A stretch of 64,000 bases of DNA from Octopus vulgaris (taxonomy: Eukaryota). The position numbers and the translations under genes are program-made. This document shows positions 54,547 through 64,000 of this stretch, in pieces (within the stretch, counting starts at the first letter, position 1; the number at the start of each line of letters is the position of its first letter). The notes beneath the pieces are model-generated. The model was not told the origin of the DNA. It did not search any database and was given only the letters and a program-made list of their open reading frames with translations. The stretch spans positions 74,586,001-74,650,000 of the forward strand of contig OX597827.1 of NCBI GenBank assembly GCA_951406725.2. The letters are read 5' to 3'.

Positions 54547-55420
54547 TTCGAGTTCATAAAAGTTTACAGTGGACCTCTGTTTTGAAGGTTGTGAAACATT
54601 TATATTCCACACAATAAAAGTTGACAAAGCTGTTAATGTGGAATAACCAGTTTTTAACAAAGCTTCAGAAAAAATATACGTGTGTGTGTATTCTCCTCTA
54701 CGAATGTTAAATCTTCAATTTATTCCCAGTACTACTAGGCACATCTCACCGTTTTTCCTGGGAGTAAATAAAGCAAATGGAAAGAACCTCTTAAATTTTT
54801 AAGAATTTCAATAATTCAGAATTATTAGAAAAAAATGACAAACCTAATATTCTGCATTGATGAGTGGCACCTCTCCTCTCGTTAGTTGACCAGATAAACT
54901 CATATAGTAATTCTCTGAGAGAAAAATATATGGGATGGGTTGAGTAGAAACGGGATAGACATAGGTGTAAAGCCTTCAATCGTAGATCAACTCAGTCAAT
55001 GCTGAGTGACGGCTAAAGAACAACAAAAGCATTAAGCATGCGTCATTAAATGTGAGGAAAATATATACACGAAATATATTTTAAAACCCTCAGAATCTGT
55101 AGTTCATAAACACTAATTATCAATTTTCTTTCACTTCTTAAATAAAAAATGTGCGATAAATAGTAAATTAATGTTTAGGGCAGACAGAGGAGCGTCGCAG
55201 AAGTAAACCGTTTGTGAACCGATTCTAATAGTTAGATTAATTTATTCCTTATCACTGAGATTGCTAATGCTCTTTAAATTATATGAATCACAACGCTATA
55301 TTCATCTATAGCATTTTATATAACATAGATATAGTTTAATATGAAGGAAATCAATATTATGTATTAAGACAATAATTGAAAGAGATTTTGTAATATTGTT
55401 GATGTATTATTTGTTTTCAG

Positions 55421-55573
55421 GCAGTTGTAAAGGTCATGATGGAGTTGACTTGTTTGGTAAAAACCAGAAATACCAATGTCACTGTAAACACCTTAGTGAC
55501 TGTCAGTTCCAAATCCGTAGTAAATGTAAAAATGGATGCTTACCTGGATTTAAAGAGCCATATTGTCAAAAAC
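55421..55573 (+). CDS. EGF/laminin-EGF-like (MEGF-type) phase-1 exon
   Basis: Acceptor ttgttttcag|, donor |gtaagt, 153 nt. Translates (G)SCKGHDGVDLFGKNQKYQCHCKHLSDCQFQIRSKCKNGCLPGFKEPYCQK, fitting FG....Y.CHC....C......C..GC..GF..P.CQ. Confidence 0.8.
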
Positions 55574-57086
55574 GTAAGTTACAAAGTAGCAGGGTTGCTG
55601 AACATTACATTCTTATATATTCTGTTTAAATTACAATTAAAAGTTGGTTGTCTGAAGATACTGCTAAAAAGTACTATTGTTTAAAGCGTAATTTTCATTC
55701 CCGACATTGTAATTCCGTTTCACTAACGTGCAGAGATATGAAGGTATTAATTCATATGAAAAACAAATAGTTTGCACTACAGATTCCTTTAATATAAGAA
55801 AGTTTGAGATATGCAGAGCAGTAATAATCCTGTTTCCGTAAAACAACAGTTTAAATCCTATAAACGAAAATATGTTACACTATTATTGTATACTGACAAA
55901 TAACATTTATCACATTCTTGAAATACACACACATGAACACGACATCACATACACCCATATATACATGACACACACAAACACACATATACGCAATTTCCAC
56001 CTCTATTTCCCGCTAGACTCCGATTCCGAAAACCGCATACACCATGAAACTTCCCCATTTCTCATCTAAGGTCGCATTATACTGTTGCTTTTCACACCCT
56101 TTATTATATTCTATTTCTTATCTTCTTCTCCACCTCTTCACTCACCCTCACCTAATCCCTTCACTACCTCCCACAAAACTGAGATTCATGATTTTTTATT
56201 ACCCACAAGGGGCCAACAAAGAAGGGACAATACAGATCGGGGAACTTAAAAATAACAAAAGTGGGTTAAAATAAGAGGAAGAAAAATTTTTAAATAATGA
56301 GTTATGAAAAGATTTTACAATGAGGTGCAATGTCCACTCGATCACCGAAATCGAGTGGTCCCAAAACAGAGATTCAGCCTTAACGATACTTGCACGTGTT
56401 CCACATTCACCGGATTCCTCTCTGTCCCCATCACTAACCATTTCCCATTCTCTTTTCACAGAATTGCTAACTTATCACTGCTTGCCCACACTTTCTGATT
56501 TTCTTTCTCTGTTCTCACTTATATTTCCTTTGTCCCTTGAGGGTAACCCCTAACACATCATCACCGTGATGTATTTCTTACCTTTCATAAAGGGTAGTGA
56601 TACATCTCCTCTACATCAAGACACTTGTTCCTGTACGTTATTATACTTTAACGCCTGTACACCTGACAGAAACCTCATCCCTCAATACTGTGTCCCCACT
56701 CAATCGAGGGAGTATTCTCTTGGAAATTTGCTCCTGACCTAACTAGCGCTACTATCACCGAGAAAGTAAGTCCCAGCCCACTGCAAACTGCTTGGCGTTG
56801 AGCAGTGCAACCAATCGTAGAAATCATACCAAAGCAGGGACTGGAGCTCGATGCATTTTGCTGTCTTGTCACATTCTGTTAAAACGTCAAACCAGGTGAG
56901 CAAAGAAGTTGGACGTTAAACGATGATGACAATGATGATTTTACACCCACACACACACATACATACCTTCGTACACACATGCATATATTCACACACACAA
57001 ACACACACACACACACAAACATACACACACCCATATATACATATATACACACACACACAAACATACACACACATACACATATATAT

Positions 57087-57134
<48 letters not shown>

Positions 57135-57689
57135 CTATATATATATGTGTGTATGTGTGTGTGTGTGTGTGTGTGCGTGTGTGTGTAGTCAACTCGAGGA
57201 TGTATTATCTTCTCAAGGGATTAATATATCCAAAATTTCACTGGTTTATTCGCCAACACATTCAAGGAAAGTCTCCCCAATATGTATGGGATTGTTATAA
57301 GTATTATCTAATTAAAGCTGGGAAAACGGAGAGTTGGTAAGGGTGTAAATTGATTCATTTAGATAATTCCAAGATAAAATCTGAATACAAATAAAATTTT
57401 AGAAAAGCTTGCGTGTACGTTTCGATTCCAGCCTATAAATAATTGCATAATTTCAAGAATTCCAATGATGAGAATTAATTATCATTTTGAATAATATAGG
57501 GTAGAATCTCTTCAGGGTTGTGGGTTTTTTCTTTATAAAAGGATGGTTACATGCTTATGGAAGGGATTAGACTAATATACTAAGGACATATATATCTTAT
57601 ATAGGGGGTGTATGTATAGCTTAGAATATATAAATAAAGAAATGATATAAAAATAGGAATAAAAATTATCATGAATCTAGGGAACATTC

Positions 57690-60600
57690 AACAAGAACGT
57701 TGAAGTCAGACGATGTAGTTCTTCTACCTTTTTATTTAGGGATGAGAACTTCCAGAATAACGGTCACAGACATTCCTCCCGAAATAGATGTGTACTTTAT
57801 AATAGCAGCGATTCTCTTAGGCAAAGAGGAAGAAATTGCCATTCTTCAGTCTAAGAGATATCGCCCCATGACCTGGTATGGACAAGACTTAGAGCTTGTG
57901 ATCCAAGCAAACCCCTCGGACTTGGAAAAATTGCCAAGCTCCCTCACCATTGGAGATAATACCAGCTTGATGGTAATAGTCGAGGGAAGAAAACCTAGGT
58001 GTTATAAACGTGGCGAGAAAGGCCACATAAGGTCGAGCTGCAAGAAGACAGCCAAAGAAAATACTGCAGAGGCAAGCACGACGCCGAAAACAACTACACC
58101 GCTAGAAATAGCAGCCACGTCGTGCGACCCAATTGCCGAAGTTCAGCCGACAACGGGAGAAAACAACGACAACAACAACAACAACAACAACAACAACATC
58201 CAGGAGTGGGTCACCATAGAACCTTCAAAAAGAAGACGGAAACGGAAAAATCCACCCTCTTCGGATACACAGGACTATACTCCGAGACAGACAAGCACAC
58301 CCACACCCACAAATACAGTCGCAAACACACACGTAGCCAAAAAACACACACACTGGAAAAAGCACACACAAACACACACACACCTACCACAAGCACACAC
58401 ACACACCTACAAACACCCACGATTCTACAAGCACACACACACCCACAAACACACACACACACCCCCACAATCGCCTAACAAAAAAAAAAGAAACACCCTC
58501 ACGGCGATAAATAAAAACAATAACCCATTAAGAGAAAAAATTATTTTAATGAAATCGGCGAAAAAATATATCGTAACATATAAATAGTACTATTTCTGAA
58601 AATGTCGAATTTTATACAATAGATAACGCTGATTATTTTGAAATAAAAAAATGTTTTGCGGAGGACGTCGGCCCGTTACAGATGAACTTTTCAAGCAATC
58701 TGTACAGGCAATTCGCAAAAAAACTGACCTCGCAAAACAAAACACTCACAGACAGAAAAGAGGAGAGTGAAACTACACCCTCTCTTCCGTTAAAACAGTA
58801 AGTTTTAAACTTTCGACTAATTTTTCACATTCTCGTTTAAACTCGGTTGTATAAATATTCGCGGCCTGGGGTCGTATTGGAAGCAATGCCACCTCCTTAA
58901 CGACCTTAGGTCGCATCGTTTGGATGTAGTGGTAATTACCGAATCCAGACTGAGTGGGCTGCAGGCCTTTACGCCCCTTCTAAACGGCTACGAGAAATAC
59001 GTTTCTCCCTGTCGACCTGGAGGGGGCGGAGGAGTGGCAGTGCTAGTCAGGAAAAACCTGGATTTAGAGATTAGAACTGTCTTTATAGATCCGGAAGGCA
59101 GGTTGGTCGTTTTGGATGTGACGCACAGCAGTGATAAAGTGTTCAGGCTGGTCGCTGTCTATGCTCCCTGCGAAGGAAAAGCCGGACAGAAAGAGAATTT
59201 CAAAAGCCTAGAGAATTTTCTTGGCACGTCGAACACGTTAGTATTGCTAGGTGACTTCAACATAATTTGCGATGCAAGCGTAGATTATGTTGGCTCGAGA
59301 AAGAATACGAGGCGATTACCTCACCTCAACGATATGCTAAGTCGTTTCGAATTGGCAGATAGATTCAGAATGGACCACCCAGACACTCCAGCGTGGACCT
59401 AGGCAAGAAACGATGGGTCGTTCAGATCTTACATTGATAGAATCATAACTAGAAGGAAAGATAAGAAAATACATAGCTGTCCACAACACCATATCGTCAG
59501 CTACAGCGATCACAAATTAGTGACCTGTACGCTCGACATAGATAGCATGTGTAGACGCGGTACCGGTTACTGGAAGCTAAACAAGTCACTATTGGACTGT
59601 GAAGCCTACAGGAATCGGATTAAACAATTAGTAATGAGGGCGTTAACCGGATCCATTATCAACAACAAATGGTGGTAAGTCCTGAAAAGAGCCATCACAT
59701 TTGAGTCAATTAGGTTTAGCAAAGAACTAGCTAGTGCTAGAAACAAAGTAGAAAAGGAACTAGTTAAGGCAATAGAGGAGGCAATGAGGTCAGGCAGTGC
59801 ATCGAAAGTGTTAGCGGCGAGGTTAGCACTCGACCAACATCTCAAAGCTAAACATGAAGGGTGCATTGTCAGGGCTAAGATCCGTACAATGAGACAGGAA
59901 GGGATCAACGCAGCCAGATAGGCCCGGGTGGTAGAGGGCCAGCGTGGCAACAACTCAACCATTCGATCCTTGACGGGCCCAAATGGTCGATTAGTAAACG
60001 AACCCGAGGAGATGTGCAAGGTGTTTCATGATCATTTCGCCCAGCTATTCGGGAGGAGCAGCGAGCTGGAGCGCGGGGAATAGCTCGCAGACTTCCTAGC
60101 CGGTTCGCCGCGTCTATCGGTGCCGGACGCGGAATCTTGTGAGGCGCCGATCACAGCCAAAGAAGTCGAGGATATGTTGGCAGACTGCGGCGGGGACAAA
60201 TCGCCGGGACTCGATGATCAGCCTTACGAACTCTATAGTAGCATGCCAGACTTGTTTTGGCACCTACTTGCATGCGTGTACACCAACTGGCAGCAGAACG
60301 GGAGAATTCCTAAGTCTGTGAGCCGAGGGGTGGTAGCGCTGTTAAGAAAGGACCCAAACAAGGAGGATTTAATTGATAATTTTCGGCCCATCACTCTGCT
60401 TAACGTAGAGTTGAAGATTTTGGCCAAGTTCTTAGCAAAAAGGTTGGCGTGGGTCGTGGGTGAACTTGTTGGTGAGGCGCAAACTTGCGCCATCCCTGGA
60501 AGGACCATCCACGACAATCTCCACTTTCTACGCTATGCCTTAGAAAGGGTAAATAGGATTCCTGGCAAGGGTGGGGCTATGGTCCACTTGGACCAATCGA

Positions 60601-62452
60601 AAGCGTTTGATAGGGTGGACCATCAGCATCTGGCGGCGGTCCTCGCGGTGGCTGGCTTCGGCCCAACCTTCCGCGGATGGATCATCGCTTTATACAGCAA
60701 CATCGAATCGGTAGTTCGGGTAAATGGTTTCCTTTCGGAGCCGTTCAGCATTGAACGTTCGGTACGTCAAGGGTGTCCTCTCTCCCCGCTTCTCTACGCT
60801 TTGGCCCTTGAGCCGTTGCTGAGGAAGTTGGAAACTATGAGAGGCACTCCGCAAGATCTAGGGTGCGGAAAGTCAGCTTCGGCGTATGCGGACGACATTA
60901 CCGTCATCGTTTCCCGAGTCGAGCACCTACAGTGGGTGGGTGAGGCCATAAGGGACTACGAAGCGGTGGCAGGAGAGAAAGTCAACCGGGATAAATCGGT
61001 CGGCTTGCAACTCGGCACCTGGAGGGGCAAGTCGATGTCTTCCGACAGCGTCGTAGGACGTTGGACGGAAGGACCGGTGAAAATGCTTGGAATCTGGTTA
61101 GGTCCAGATCTCCAGATAGAGAAGAACTGGAGCGAGGTGGCGAGAAAGGGACTCTCCTAACTCAGACATGGTCTGAGCGGAAGCTGTCCTTGAAAGGGAG
61201 GGCGGAGGTTGCAGAGGTGTTTATCGCCTCTGTAATCACTTACCGCCTGACCGTCGTGCCTTGCCCCGATTCGTGGCTGAACAAACTGGAACGCATGCTC
61301 TTTCGCTTTTTGTAGAAGGGCAGCAGACCTCTTGTAAGGCGCTCTATTTGCTGCCAAAAGCCGCTGAAGGGTGGGTTAGGGATGCCGTGGCTAAAAATGT
61401 GCAGACATGCGCTCAGGCTTAGGCACCTCTGGATTTACCTGGACGGTGAGCAGGTGTGGTCTTCGTTCGTCAAGCTGTTATTTCCACAGTTCACATCGTT
61501 TAACGAACTGAACCCATGGATCAAGTGTAGACCGAGGTTGGGCATGTGGCATGCAGAGTGCTATCAGGCACTCGTGCTTCTCTCTCAGTCGGGCAACGCC
61601 GGTGGCGGGGCTACTACCTCGTTCTTCTATAGAGGGTTAGTAGAGTTTAAGTGTGACGACGTCCTAGGAGAAACTCTGGGTTTCGACGAAAATCAACTGG
61701 CCAGCCTGTTCCAAAGAACATTCGGTCCGGGGCCTATGGATAACTACCAAAAGTCCCTGACCTGGCAATGTTACAGAGGAGCTTTACCAGTTCGAGATAA
61801 GCTCTTTAGACATGGGTGTTCACCATCGCCGGTTTGTGCAAGATGTGAGAGGGACAGTGAAACTGTCCTGCACGCGATTGTGCAATGTCCCAAGGTGACT
61901 GAACTCTGGGCTTATGTAGAACACCTGCTGTCGCATTCGAGAAGAGTACAACTGTCGAGCGAATCTGTAATTAAGATAGTTCCGCCGACCTCCCTGAATA
62001 GGGAGGAGCGAGCCTGTTTTCTTTCGGTAGTTGCTATGGCGAAAGAAGTAGCGTGGAAGACGAGAGTAAAAGGAATTGCAACAGGCATGTTTATCTCCAG
62101 TCTCGAGCTAATCGACTTTTTCGTTTTCCACATGAAACGGAAAATAAGGCTGGAGAAGAAATGCCTGTCGCAAAGTGTGTTTCGTAAAAGATGGAAGTCT
62201 ATAGCAAGTATGTTGCGAGTGAAAGAACCTATTTAATCGAGAATGTAAAAAAGGATAAAGCAAAGTCTTCAGTGTGAGTATGTGGTTTGTGGGGTCGACC
62301 GCGTCCTCCGCTTCATTTTTTGTTAATCACTCATTCTCATTTAATTGTATATATTTTAATTGTTTGTTTATTCATATGTTTCATCTCATTCGATACCCTG
62401 ACCCCAACGTTTGTTTTGTCCCCTCTTTTTCTCAACCTTATTGTGAATAAAG

Positions 62453-62458
<6 letters not shown>
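57690..62458 (+). mobile_element. Tx1/L1-clade LINE, near full length, many stops
   Basis: ORF1 remnant with knuckle CYK(R)GEKGHIRSSC; APE (VYAP, LGDFN, SDH, GYWKLN); RT (NFRPITLLN, DQSKAFDRV, RQGCPLSP, AYADD); C-terminal CARC..ETVLHAIVQC; AATAAA then (TC)n. Confidence 0.9.
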
Positions 62459-62508
<50 letters not shown>

Positions 62509-63527
62509 TCTCTGATTTGTTACATTAAAAAAATCAGACGCATTCATTGAACGAGTTAACTGAAAACGATTAAAACGTATATTTGTGTGTATGTACATGT
62601 ATGTATGTATGTATGTATGTATGTATGTATGTATGTATGTATGTATGTATATGCGCATGTATGTATGTGTGTATGTATGTGTGCATGTATGCATGTATGT
62701 ATGTTTGTGCGAGAAAATCTGACAATCTGTATAGTTGCTTGACCTGCTGGAAATGTCACACGCTAATATTATATAAACGAGAAGACACTTTGGATAAGAT
62801 GGAAAAAATACACACGCACACACACACAGTTATGTATTCCCTATAAAAAAAACTTTCTGTTTTTCTCACCCACCTTTCTTTTCTTTTATACTTTTCTCCC
62901 ACCTCTCTGTCTTTCATGACTCGATGACCCGGAAGTGGTTACTCTTCCATTACTTTCGTAATGTAACCTTCTTCAGCTCACTACACGTCATTGATTGGTT
63001 AAAATTCCCCAAATACGACAAGTTTAACACGAAATAACTCTAAAATACAAAATTTTGTTAAGAACGTTAAGAGTAAACCGCGTTCTACGTGTCAACCAGT
63101 ATCCGAAGTTTCAAACTGTTTAGTTACAAAAAAAATAATTAATTAAGAAATCTGTGACTGAGATCCCCAAAATCACACTGCGTTCTCTTACACAGCCAGT
63201 TACGCCAAAACCACACTGCCTTTGCTTATAAAACCAGAGAGGAGTGTTCTAATTCACGTCGGGTGAACTAGAAATTATCTAAGTATAATTTTTCCCATTC
63301 GTAACAATATCTATATATTCTCACACAAACATAAACACACTCACTCACACAAGTGTATCATGTCTCGTTTCTCTGTTTGTTTATTTCATTGTTCGAAAAA
63401 AAGCTCGTTTTCTATGTTTTTGTTTTCGTTTCACATTGTGTTCAATGTTTTTTTGATGTCCTGTACCCATATATGCATGTATATACACATATATATGAAG
63501 GTACGTACATATATGTATGTATATATT

Positions 63528-63586
<59 letters not shown>

Positions 63587-64000
63587 ATATTTCGGAATGG
63601 TCATATTGCCAGTTTAGCCAATAAAAACACACGCACTATATATTTGGTGTTATTTTGCTTCAGTGATATTTATTTTTTACATTAATCTTAATCTTATTTC
63701 GGCCAAAGTTCTTTCGTCACACTCCTGTGACCGCATCAGTGGTCCTTTGTTTTCTTCTCACTTACTTGTGTCTCTCCTTACTAACCGTCAGCCATTTTGT
63801 ATTTCTATTGTATGTCTTCATTTGCGCATGCTTATATCTCTATGTGCGTCTATGTTTATTGCAAACATAATAAATACACAGGTAATTAAAGAAATAGAAA
63901 TGAATATCTATGTGTATGTATATGTGTATATATATGTATATGTATATGTGTATATATGTGTGTATATATGTATATATATATATGTATATGTATGTGTATG

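Noticed and set aside
57411-57520. Minus-strand CTGAAGA-GATTC...GAATC-GAAACGTA hammerhead-like core
   Set aside because: Stems II and III are present but no stem I pairing was found; at best a decayed copy.

Overview
AT-rich, microsatellite-rich, intron-containing animal DNA with no prokaryotic features. The SINE, LINE and Penelope complement resembles a coleoid cephalopod such as Octopus (inference from repeat families, not verified). Two host genes missed or only partly covered by the ORF track can be rebuilt from splice sites. (1) The last three exons (1438-1589, 5785-5920, 7183-7260, +) encode a protein-tyrosine-phosphatase domain with a degenerate signature, VHCRKNFHKSG, which looks like a receptor-PTP D2 pseudophosphatase. 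(2) Two phase-1 cysteine-rich/EGF-like exons (53617-53706, 55421-55573, +) belong to a downstream gene. The rest is mobile DNA: R4/Dong-like RLE LINEs in (TAA)n, CR1/L2-group LINEs (one near full length), a Tx1/L1 LINE, mariners, tRNA-SINEs, a Helitron-like element and many Penelope-like elements (PLEs) with inverted or tandem pseudo-LTRs. The most striking hidden signal is about 12 minimal type-I hammerhead-ribozyme-like motifs, mostly PLE-associated, with non-canonical cores. Two PLE families carry a compensatory U3-A8 core (UUGANAA). All RNA structures were folded by eye and are untested.
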